A stretch of 46,979 bases of DNA, taken from assembly GCA_043814095.1 (NCBI GenBank), contig JBDRKI010000049.1, positions 1 through 46,979 of the forward strand. The letters are read 5' to 3'. The notes beneath the pieces were generated by a model, which did not search any database, had not been told where the DNA came from, and worked only from the letters and a program-made list of their open reading frames with translations. Shown piece by piece: positions 37,135 through 45,682 of the stretch. The DNA is from Armatimonadota bacterium. Lineage in GTDB: Bacteria > Vulcanimicrobiota > JACPDS01 > JBDRKI01. The translations under genes and the position numbers were made by a program. Each line of letters begins with the position of its first letter. Position 1 is the stretch's first letter.

Positions 37135-38570
37135 TTTAATACCGCCGTATTAATTTTATTAAATTCCCCGACAACTTTATCTTTTATCTTCCATATAGCA
37201 TCTTCAGAAAGAAGCGAGTCTTTTAAAAGACGGTCAACAACTTCTTCATACAAGCCTTCTTCCAGTATGCCCTGTCTTTGCGCAAGAACAACCCATGCCG
37301 GACAAAGAGGGTCTTCTCTTCCTTCACTGTAAGCAAGCATGTTCGTATTCTGCTCAATCAATCCGGTATCCGGATTTATTCTTGAGAAGGCGCTTCTTGT
37401 GGCGCACCCTCCCCTGCATAAAAAGTTTTTATTAAGGTCGCAGGTATCCGCATTGCAGATGTATTTTCCTTCTCTTTTATCAAAATCAGACCTGAATTTT
37501 TTAAACCTTTCGGAGTTCACTATATCCGTAAGATTTTCTTTATTAATATCACCGTACACATACGGATCTATTAAAGGCGATTCCGAACACGCCGTAACTT
37601 TGCCAGTAGCCCTTATATGTACGCCCCTGCCGGGTCTGTTACAGGTCTTATTCTTAGGAAATGCCGAATATACGGTCCATTGATCGTTAAACTCTGTTCT
37701 GTCGATCTCCGCCATTATATCGTATAATGCCTTAACCTCTAAAGGATGTATCCCGTCTTCCTGCGCCTCATCTATTGCCTCACCGCAGTAATGTATCGGT
37801 ACCACGGAATGCTCCATCCCGTTACTTCTTACCCATCTGTGAAGCTCTATGGAATCTTTTAAAGTATCAAACTTGCCTTTTCTTAAAACCTGGTTAACAC
37901 TGACTGCAAGAGATGGATCTTTCCCGTAGCCGGCTTTAAAAAGATTCTCATAGCCTTTCTCTATATCTTTTGAAGCGCCGGGAACTCCCGCGATACCGTC
38001 CTGTATATCATGATCCAAAGTATCTCTTTTAAGACACAAACCTACTTTTCTTTCCGCAAGCATCTTTGCGGCATTTTCATCAATCAAAGCAACATCGGTA
38101 AAAGTAAGCACTTTTACAGGAACTCCCGCTCTACCGTAAACTTCCTGTATTTTATCAACAACATCAAAATATGAATATTCTTTTCCCGTATTATCACTAC
38201 TTGAATACATAAGAGGCTCCCCGCCTGTCAATATGAAAAAGCGTACGCCTAGCATAAGACTTTGCTCTATAATCTTTGTAACGGTATTAAAATCAATTAA
38301 TAATTTATCCCATTCTTCGCTGGGCCTGTAGCAGTGAACGCATCTTAAGTTGCATGCCGATGTAAGAGCTATATCAACAGATACAAGCTCGCTTGAAGTC
38401 TCAAGAAGATCAGTTAAAACTTTGGGGCTTACCCCGCCCATCCCGGGATCAAGCTCTGTTTTTAACTCCCTTAACCTTACTATCTCGTTTATATCTTCAT
38501 CTGTAAGCCGGTAAACCTTATTATTTTTATCCGGTTCTCTTAAAGGAGCTTTGAAATATTTTTTACTCAT
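37131..38570 (-). CDS. Radical SAM/SPASM protein
   Basis: CNLRCVHC, TGGEPL, TCNRP..VTAC..C..C..CRGGC..DPLC. Start set at ATG 38570 (AGGTGA RBS); ORF track 38579. Confidence 0.9.
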   Translation of the reverse strand: MSKKYFKAPLREPDKNNKVYRLTDEDINEIVRLRELKTELDPGMGGVSPKVLTDLLETSSELVSVDIALTSACNLRCVHCYRPSEEWDKLLIDFNTVTKIIEQSLMLGVRFFILTGGEPLMYSSSDNTGKEYSYFDVVDKIQEVYGRAGVPVKVLTFTDVALIDENAAKMLAERKVGLCLKRDTLDHDIQDGIAGVPGASKDIEKGYENLFKAGYGKDPSLAVSVNQVLRKGKFDTLKDSIELHRWVRSNGMEHSVVPIHYCGEAIDEAQEDGIHPLEVKALYDIMAEIDRTEFNDQWTVYSAFPKNKTCNRPGRGVHIRATGKVTACSESPLIDPYVYGDINKENLTDIVNSERFKKFRSDFDKREGKYICNADTCDLNKNFLCRGGCATRSAFSRINPDTGLIEQNTNMLAYSEGREDPLCPAWVVLAQRQGILEEGLYEEVVDRLLKDSLLSEDAIWKIKDKVVGEFNKINTAVLK

Positions 38571-38608
38571 AATTATCACCTTTTTTAAAATATAATTAGA
38601 GAATAAAC

Positions 38609-39394
38609 TTAATTTACATTACAGCTGTCTTTAATTCTCATATAATCCTGTACGGTATCAAATTCTTTCCAGTTCTGTTTTATTAAAACCCCGTATATCT
38701 TCCCGCCTTTATCCACCATTTCCTGAAAAATATCCGTTATATAGGCTTTCTGCCACTGTGAAGCTCTCTGGAATGGCTCGTCTTTTTTCAAAGACTTATC
38801 CAGGCGGTCAAAAGTTTTAAGAAAAGCCTCCGCCCCACGGGAGGTAAATTTCCATAACCCTATAAACTCGCCTTCTTTTGTACTGGGAATATGGCTTGTA
38901 AAGATATGCTTGCCTATTTTCAAAACAGCGCTTTTATCATCAAGAATAACATTTTCCGCTTCATGTATGGGATGATCAGTCCTGCCGTCATAATATTCAT
39001 GCCATTCTATATCAACTACCGCTGAAATGTCTCCAGATGAAGATAAAAGTTTCTTTACAACGCCCTCATTATACCATATATCAGAATAAGTTATAATTAC
39101 ATCTTCACCTGTTTTTACGGCTTCTTCCATCTTGGATCTTGCAAACATTAAAGAATGGAGAATGTTATTATTATTAAAATCCGTATTCTCAAAATAGCTT
39201 ATATTATCAAAGTTAATTTTTTCTTTTCTATAACCGACAACAGTAGAGATATCATTTATACCGTTATCCCTGAATATATCTATGGTATTACGGATAATGG
39301 GCTTACCGTCTATCTCAAGCATGCATTTCGGGGTATCATCCGTTAACGGCCTTAACCTTTTTGAAGGGCCTGCCGCTATAATTATCGCTTTCAT
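38609..39394 (-). CDS. Phosphonate/phosphocholine cytidylyltransferase family (PntC/LicC-like)
   Basis: AIIIAAG..RLRPLTDDTPKCML, YSDI, EFIGL, WKEFDTVQD; inside phosphonate cluster. Confidence 0.88.
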   Translation of the reverse strand: MKAIIIAAGPSKRLRPLTDDTPKCMLEIDGKPIIRNTIDIFRDNGINDISTVVGYRKEKINFDNISYFENTDFNNNNILHSLMFARSKMEEAVKTGEDVIITYSDIWYNEGVVKKLLSSSGDISAVVDIEWHEYYDGRTDHPIHEAENVILDDKSAVLKIGKHIFTSHIPSTKEGEFIGLWKFTSRGAEAFLKTFDRLDKSLKKDEPFQRASQWQKAYITDIFQEMVDKGGKIYGVLIKQNWKEFDTVQDYMRIKDSCNVN

Positions 39395-39396
39395 AA

Positions 39397-40521
39397 CTAC
39401 CAGACTTCCTTTAAAATCTTATTTATATCGGATTTTGTTAATCTCTTAACATTATTTTTTATCCTGTCAGTGGATAAAGCATCTTTAATAAGTTCTTTTA
39501 TACCTTTCTCAGTCACACCATAATCTCTTAACCTGTAGGAAAAACCGCCTTTTTTAATAAACTTTCTTATTTTTTCCGCCGCCTGAGAAGCAGTTTTCAC
39601 GTTCATGCTCTTAAAAATATGGCCAGCTATCTGTTTGTCAGCACCGTAGTTTAACTTAACAAGCGCGGGCAGAGTTAAGGCAGAAGCTACACCATGCGGT
39701 ATATTATAATTCATTGTCAGGGAATAAGAAAGAGCGTGAGATGCTCCTGTTTTTGTATTGCTGAATGCTAACCCCGCGAATAAACTAGCCATGCTCATAT
39801 CATATCTTGCAGTCCTGTCACTGCGTTTATCAAGAACCCTGTTAAAATTATTAGTTATAAGTTCTATGGATAGAAGCGCATAATAAGCCGATACCGGTGA
39901 AAGGTTCGGCGAAAATAATGCTTCAACAGCATGAGATAAAGCATCCAGCCCGGTTGATGCAGTTATATCAGAAGGCATGGTCATTGTAAGGTAAGGATCT
40001 ACAACCGCAGCTTCTGCATACATAAACGGGTGTTCTAAAGACATCTTCTTCTTTTTCTTATAATCCCATACAGTAGACCACGGGGTGAGCTCGCTCCCCG
40101 TGCCGGAAGTCGTGGGAACAGCTATAAAAGGTACCGGTAATGACCTTATTTTTGATCGGTCTTTTAGACATTTCTCTATGGAAAGATTATTGGTGGCCAG
40201 AAGCGCGGCAGCTTTGCCTACATCTAAAACCGATCCTCCACCAAGGCCGATAATAACATCCGGTTTATATTTTCTAACTTCTTTAGCTGCCTCATTAAAC
40301 AGGGCTATATCAGGATTAGAATCAACCCTGTTGTATAATTTAACTTTCCGCCCTTTTAATGCAGATAAAAGAATATCCAGATGCCCGTATTTCTCAGCCG
40401 AAGTCTTACCCGTTATAATCATAACCTTCTCGACAAAATTAAACTCATCCATCTCATCCGTTATATTACCGAGCGTGCCGAATCCTAAAAAGATTTTGAC
40501 CGGCATATGATATTTCCACAT
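39397..40521 (-). CDS. Phosphonoacetaldehyde reductase (iron-containing ADH family, PhpC/FomC-like)
   Basis: GGGSVLD, PTTSGTGSE, DALSH, HALSY..PHG; context with PepM and decarboxylase. Confidence 0.85.
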   Translation of the reverse strand: MWKYHMPVKIFLGFGTLGNITDEMDEFNFVEKVMIITGKTSAEKYGHLDILLSALKGRKVKLYNRVDSNPDIALFNEAAKEVRKYKPDVIIGLGGGSVLDVGKAAALLATNNLSIEKCLKDRSKIRSLPVPFIAVPTTSGTGSELTPWSTVWDYKKKKKMSLEHPFMYAEAAVVDPYLTMTMPSDITASTGLDALSHAVEALFSPNLSPVSAYYALLSIELITNNFNRVLDKRSDRTARYDMSMASLFAGLAFSNTKTGASHALSYSLTMNYNIPHGVASALTLPALVKLNYGADKQIAGHIFKSMNVKTASQAAEKIRKFIKKGGFSYRLRDYGVTEKGIKELIKDALSTDRIKNNVKRLTKSDINKILKEVW

Positions 40522-40539
40522 AATAACTCCCTCGTTCTT

Positions 40540-40899
40540 TTAATATTTTTTAAATATCATTGATGGATGAAGCTTCGAAGATATAGAAACTGCATTATCC
40601 GAAAGTTTCTCAACCCTTATAATACCTACACCTAAATCCGTAACTTTAATCGAAACAAAATTACCCGCCTCTTTAGCAGTTATAACCTTAAAATTTCTGC
40701 TGTCATTATCTATGGCAAAATATACTGTCCTGTCATTATCAAATTTATAAATCCATTCCTGCCCGTTTGTATCTTTATAAATCCACTCCCCTTTTATTGA
40801 TTGCATGGCGGGGCTGAGCTTTTTTGAACACCCGCAGAACAGAAAAACAGATAAAAGCAGAATCACTATAATAACGACCTTATAATCTATTTTTCTCAT
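40540..40899 (-). CDS. Hypothetical lipoprotein
   Basis: Basic N-terminus, hydrophobic stretch, LFCGC lipobox-like site; IKGEW motif then beta-rich region. Confidence 0.7.
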   Translation of the reverse strand: MRKIDYKVVIIVILLLSVFLFCGCSKKLSPAMQSIKGEWIYKDTNGQEWIYKFDNDRTVYFAIDNDSRNFKVITAKEAGNFVSIKVTDLGVGIIRVEKLSDNAVSISSKLHPSMIFKKY

Positions 40900-40923
40900 A
40901 ATACTATCTCCCGGCTCTTATTT

Positions 40924-41487
40924 TTATAAGTTTAATGCTTTCATAAATCTTTTCTTTATCTTCTCACAAGGTAATTTCACCCTAGATATATTTTTATCAT
41001 AATCTTTTGAAACATTAACTCTTATTAAGACAGGGCCTTGCTCCACAACTTTACTATTGAGCAACTTTAAAAACTCTTTAGAATTTTTAACTGCTGCAGT
41101 ATATTTATACCCGCATCCTTTTGCTATGGAAGCTATATCTGTATTTGATGATATACACTCCTGGCCGCCTGTTGAAGAATATTCCCCGTTATCAAGAATT
41201 ATATGAACTATATTCTTAACCTTAAGGCTTCCTATTAACGCAAGATTCCCCAGACACATAAAAGCCGAGCCGTCGCCTTCTATTATAAAAACATTTTTCT
41301 CAGGGCAGGATAAGGCAATACCTGTTCCAACAGCAGAGAGAAGCCCCATTGAACCTACCATATAGAAATTTAAGTCTCTGTCACATATATTATAAGCTTC
41401 ACGGGAGATAAAGCCTGTAGTGAATAATGCAGGCTCATCTTTACCGATGCTTTTTAAAATTGTTTTTATAGCTTCGTACCTTTTCAT
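40924..41487 (-). CDS. Phosphonopyruvate decarboxylase, beta (TPP-binding) subunit, ComE-like
   Basis: TTGFISRE, FYMVGSMG, GDGSAFM...LDN TPP motif, STGGQ. Confidence 0.88.
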   Translation of the reverse strand: MKRYEAIKTILKSIGKDEPALFTTGFISREAYNICDRDLNFYMVGSMGLLSAVGTGIALSCPEKNVFIIEGDGSAFMCLGNLALIGSLKVKNIVHIILDNGEYSSTGGQECISSNTDIASIAKGCGYKYTAAVKNSKEFLKLLNSKVVEQGPVLIRVNVSKDYDKNISRVKLPCEKIKKRFMKALNL

Positions 41488-41496
41488 AGTAATTTC

Positions 41497-41979
41497 CTAC
41501 ACTATAACACCTTTTTTAATTATTATTGCAACGGGGGTCTTTTTCTTATTCATTAACTTTACCGCTTCATCAACCTGTTTAGGGCTGCTCAATACCTTAA
41601 CAGGTATATTTAATTCCTTTAACAAACTTAAAGTTTTCCTGCCCATGATTATATGCTCAGGGGCATCTTTACCCTTATATCCACGCCATGTAATAAATAA
41701 AAGAACAGGGATTTTATATATAAGGTTAAAAGAGGTCAAAGGATTAATTATATTACCTAGGCCTGAGTTCTGCATAAAAAGAGCGGTTCTTTTCCCCGCA
41801 AGATAAGCACCGCTTGCGATACCAAGAGCACTATCTTCCCTTACAGAATTTATATACTCAATACCCTTGCCCTTTTCTATAACCTTAAGAATATTTTTTA
41901 AAATAGTACAGGGTACACCTGTAGCTTGTACTATTTTATTCTTAATTAAAGTTTTATAAAAATCTGCTGTTTTTATCAT
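41497..41979 (-). CDS. Phosphonopyruvate decarboxylase, alpha subunit, ComD-like
   Basis: TGVPC, REDSALGIASG, MQNSGLGN..NPL, WRG..DAPEH. Confidence 0.88.
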   Translation of the reverse strand: MIKTADFYKTLIKNKIVQATGVPCTILKNILKVIEKGKGIEYINSVREDSALGIASGAYLAGKRTALFMQNSGLGNIINPLTSFNLIYKIPVLLFITWRGYKGKDAPEHIIMGRKTLSLLKELNIPVKVLSSPKQVDEAVKLMNKKKTPVAIIIKKGVIV

Positions 41980-42021
41980 CTTATACCTATTAAAAACTTA
42001 AGTTTATTCATTTATTTATTT

Positions 42022-43701
42022 TTATTCTTTCAATAAAGCACATGCCTGCTTGTAATTCTCAAAACTATGTATCTCTATCCAGTCTGAATCTACCTCTAAA
42101 GCATCAATTTTTATGCCTTCTGCTATCATCTCCTGTATAAGATCGGTAAATGAAGCTTTATCTATGTTCTGGGCCTCATAAAACTTATTACCGTTATATT
42201 TTGACCTTGCTTTCTGATAGGTTTCTTTAAACTGTTTGTACCCTCTGGCAGAGAAAGCAGCTATTCCTATAAATTCATACTGGGACTTGTCTTTAGGTAT
42301 ATTCTTGCCTATAGCAAGTACCTCATTATCCCTGAAGTTCCCTATGGTTCTTTTAGCCGATAATGGATCTTTTTTTGCAGTTACAAGGTCCAGTTTATTA
42401 TCTTTAAACTGGGACAACCTGTCCGCTTTATTTATCACAAGAACTATATCTCTATTTGAGTTTTTAAGTTTTTCAATTATTTCACTCCCGAAGAGTATAT
42501 CTGAATAACATATAATTACTTTATCAGGAGGAGTAGTTTCCTTAGAAAGCATCAAAGAACGCATTATATGCGTCTTATCAAATTCATCATTGTAAATAAA
42601 GTTCACCCCTACCTTTGTACCGTCAAGAGATATTCTCTCTTTCTGGTAGCCCACCACAACATCTATATCAAATATATTAAGCTTGTTTAAAGTTTCTAAG
42701 TTTCTCTGCAGGAGACTTTTCCCGTTAACATCCAGCATGCATACCGGATAATCTTTTACAAGGTCTTCCATGCACTCCTGGTAAACAGGCTTTCCCGCCG
42801 CGGGAATTATTACCTTACAGCTTTCTGTACCTGTTTTAAGATACTCTTTCTCTTTTTCTTTAAGCTCTGTCATACCCTGGAGCTCAAAAATCTGCGCAAG
42901 AGGCGCTATTTTTTTCTCAACACCTTTAGTCGTGCCTTCGGCAATAATCTGCTTATAAGTATCTTCAGCAGCTTTTATCTGAGCTCTTAAACCGTGATTT
43001 GCATAAATAACCATCTTGGCACCGGCGGATTTAAGCTCATCCCTTGTTACGTTATAGTAAGTGGTAGGAACAACTATAACAGGGACCTCTCTCTGCCATC
43101 TTTTTAAAAATTCAAATACTTCATCAGATTTACCGCTTTTAGAATGTATAAGTATCCCGTCAGCTCCTGCGTTAGCATAATCATTTGCTCTTTTTAAAGC
43201 TTCTTCAATCCCCCATCCCGCAATAAGTGCTTCAGTGCGGGCAAAAACCATAAAATCTTTACTCTCCTGCGCATTCTTAGCAGCCATAATCTTACCTACA
43301 AATTCCGCTATGGGTGCAAGTTCCTGGCGCCCGGGGATAAAGCTGTTAATTTTCGGGAAGAGCTTGTCTTCAATGGTAACCGCGGCTATACCGGCAGACT
43401 CAAAACTCTTAACCATATAAATTACATTATTTGAATTGCCGTAGCCTGTATCACAGTCGGCTATAACAGGCAGGAATGAAGCATTATTCATTTCGGTTGC
43501 TCTTTCAAGGTACTGGGTCATTGTTAAGATATTGGCATCAGGTACAGCGTAAGATGTTGATATCTCAAGCCCGCTTGACCATAGGGCATCAAAACCTGCT
43601 TTCTCACCAAGTTTTGCACCTAACCCGTCATGAGCCCCTATAACGGTTATGAGCTTATCAGGATCATTTAACATTTTTCTTAATTTTTCACTTTTTCTCA
43701 T
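42022..43701 (-). CDS. pepM: Phosphoenolpyruvate mutase fused to C-terminal nucleotidyl(cytidylyl)transferase
   Basis: EDKLFPKINS matches PepM EDKxxxxxNS motif; DCDTGYG, IYANHGLRA; C-half IIPAAG, YSDI, EFIGI, WIEIHS. Confidence 0.95.
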   Translation of the reverse strand: MRKSEKLRKMLNDPDKLITVIGAHDGLGAKLGEKAGFDALWSSGLEISTSYAVPDANILTMTQYLERATEMNNASFLPVIADCDTGYGNSNNVIYMVKSFESAGIAAVTIEDKLFPKINSFIPGRQELAPIAEFVGKIMAAKNAQESKDFMVFARTEALIAGWGIEEALKRANDYANAGADGILIHSKSGKSDEVFEFLKRWQREVPVIVVPTTYYNVTRDELKSAGAKMVIYANHGLRAQIKAAEDTYKQIIAEGTTKGVEKKIAPLAQIFELQGMTELKEKEKEYLKTGTESCKVIIPAAGKPVYQECMEDLVKDYPVCMLDVNGKSLLQRNLETLNKLNIFDIDVVVGYQKERISLDGTKVGVNFIYNDEFDKTHIMRSLMLSKETTPPDKVIICYSDILFGSEIIEKLKNSNRDIVLVINKADRLSQFKDNKLDLVTAKKDPLSAKRTIGNFRDNEVLAIGKNIPKDKSQYEFIGIAAFSARGYKQFKETYQKARSKYNGNKFYEAQNIDKASFTDLIQEMIAEGIKIDALEVDSDWIEIHSFENYKQACALLKE

Positions 43702-43712
43702 AAAAACCTCAT

Positions 43713-44567
43713 CTAAACATTTCTTCCAAAATCACGTATTTTATCAATCTGTTCTTTCAAAAAGCTTCCTCTTAAAAATAGTATATAATTAACCACGAGC
43801 TGTAGCAAATGGAAGGCTACAAACCCCAGGTAATATATCCACATAATATTTAAGCTTGAATTTAATTCTATAAGGATAATAAGGCATATCAGATCCACTG
43901 TTCTTGCACGGTGGGTAAAAAATATCTTTGTAATAAAATTCATTATCCTGCTTACTAATCCCGTGCGTTTTTCTGTTTTAACTTCACACTGTACTTCTAC
44001 CCCTCCGGAAGAGGCAGTATTATCTTCATTTTTACCTATCGGCGGAGGTTCTTCCCTGTCAAGAAGAACTCCTAAGCTGAAAGCTTTAATATCCAGGGCA
44101 AATATAAGTGGTACAACAGGTAGTATATATATTATAAACTCAAAACCTGTTTTATAATACGCATAGAACCCCAGCCCCGTCCAGAGTGCAATCCAGCCGG
44201 AATAAGCCCCGTATACATCAAGACAGTGCCCTTCCAGGCTGCCCTTGCCTGTATATTTAGCAACTGCGCCGTCACACCAGTCCAGGATAGGACGCAGGAA
44301 GAATATAATAATGGCTGTATAGACAAAAGCACTGTTATTAATACAGAGACAGACCCCTGCAAAAATACCGAAAAGAATATATGCAAAGGTAATCGCATTA
44401 GGCGGTATCCTTAATTTAAGGAATGCATAAATAAGTGGTACGGAAACATAAACATAAAACCTGGCTTTATAATCACTGTAAGAATACCACTTAAACCTTG
44501 TATGCTCAGGATAAGCGCTTAATCTGTCTTTTAATATGTTTCCCAGTGTAATATTAATACTATTCAC
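43713..44567 (-). CDS. CDP-alcohol phosphotransferase family membrane protein
   Basis: PNAIT and DWCDGAVAKYTGKGSLEGHCLD (DxxDGxxA..G..LD signature). Confidence 0.85.
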   Translation of the reverse strand: MNSINITLGNILKDRLSAYPEHTRFKWYSYSDYKARFYVYVSVPLIYAFLKLRIPPNAITFAYILFGIFAGVCLCINNSAFVYTAIIIFFLRPILDWCDGAVAKYTGKGSLEGHCLDVYGAYSGWIALWTGLGFYAYYKTGFEFIIYILPVVPLIFALDIKAFSLGVLLDREEPPPIGKNEDNTASSGGVEVQCEVKTEKRTGLVSRIMNFITKIFFTHRARTVDLICLIILIELNSSLNIMWIYYLGFVAFHLLQLVVNYILFLRGSFLKEQIDKIRDFGRNV

Positions 44568-44575
44568 CTCTTTTT

Positions 44576-45682
44576 TTACTTTCCCGCAATAACTAAAAAT
44601 GACGGCACAAAAAACTTATATAATCCCGTATTAACCAGAAAACTCCATATGGCTCTCTTTACAGGATTCTTACTCATACTCTTATTATGATTTTTCATAA
44701 AGTATTTTAAAAGTTCCGGCTTCCCTAAAGAGAAAATATAATCGGGTTCTCTGTATGAAGGGAAAGATGCAAAAAACTCAATATCATTAAAGCCAATACT
44801 TTTTAAAATATTCCTTAAAGCCGGCATTGAGTACGTATATGTCCTGAACTCCCTGTTAAGCTTCTTTTTCATATACCAGTTAGCGATACCTCTCGGCATC
44901 AAACCCACATATTTAAGGTTTGCATGATCTTCAGGCATACCAAAGAAGTAATGAAGGCCGAATCTGTTCTCTATCCCTATTAAAAGCACACCACCCGGCT
45001 TTAATACTCTGTAAATATTCTCCAGAGCTTTTTTCTGCATCTTATCCGGTTTTTCATTATGAATCTTAAGATTACTAACTTTTGTACCGTAATCTTTTGT
45101 TGCATCAAAACTGGTACCGTATCCAAGCCATTCAAGCACACCGTTTAAAATAACTACATCAAAACTGTTTTCTTTAAAAGGCATCTCCAATGCTGAAGCA
45201 GAAGCCAGGTGAATATTATCTTTTTTCATCTGGCGTTTTCTTATATCAAGAAACTTCACCGTTTCGTAAGTTGCATCTATACCGACTATAGTTTTGCAGT
45301 ACCCGGAAACAGGGATTGTTAAACCTCCCCATTTACAGCCCACATCTAGAACAACACTATCCTTAGTTACAGGCAGGAAAAACAGAGGATCAATCCTGCC
45401 TTCTTCTACCATATACTCCCTTATATCCTTATCTTCTATAACATCTTCAAGGGCTTTCTCATAACCTTCCTCTTCTGCTTTTTTATTAAGCTTAGTCATT
45501 ACTTCTTTTGGAAAATTACACCAGTAAAGATCCTGCTTGTTAAATACAGGTATATTCTCCTTTACCTGAAAGATTTCTTTACATTCCACACATTCAGATA
45601 AAATATCTGATGAGGAAGATAAGCTGCCACCACAGTATGGACAGCAGAATATCTCATGTATATTTTTAGTTTTTACCGGCAT
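44576..45682 (-). CDS. Class I SAM methyltransferase with N-terminal Trm112-like Zn ribbon
   Basis: CPYCGG..CVEC..NIPVF; VLDVGCKWGG, PFKENSFDVV, RVLKPGG. Confidence 0.88.
   Translation of the reverse strand: MPVKTKNIHEIFCCPYCGGSLSSSSDILSECVECKEIFQVKENIPVFNKQDLYWCNFPKEVMTKLNKKAEEEGYEKALEDVIEDKDIREYMVEEGRIDPLFFLPVTKDSVVLDVGCKWGGLTIPVSGYCKTIVGIDATYETVKFLDIRKRQMKKDNIHLASASALEMPFKENSFDVVILNGVLEWLGYGTSFDATKDYGTKVSNLKIHNEKPDKMQKKALENIYRVLKPGGVLLIGIENRFGLHYFFGMPEDHANLKYVGLMPRGIANWYMKKKLNREFRTYTYSMPALRNILKSIGFNDIEFFASFPSYREPDYIFSLGKPELLKYFMKNHNKSMSKNPVKRAIWSFLVNTGLYKFFVPSFLVIAGK

Noticed and set aside
9896-38570. RiPP interpretation of the SPASM radical SAM enzymes
   Set aside because: No precursor peptide, PqqD/RRE, peptidase or peptide exporter recognised; neighbours are glycan genes.
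40924-41979. Coenzyme M sulfopyruvate decarboxylase (ComDE)
   Set aside because: Same split architecture, but adjacency to PepM and the Fe-ADH reductase favours phosphonopyruvate decarboxylase.
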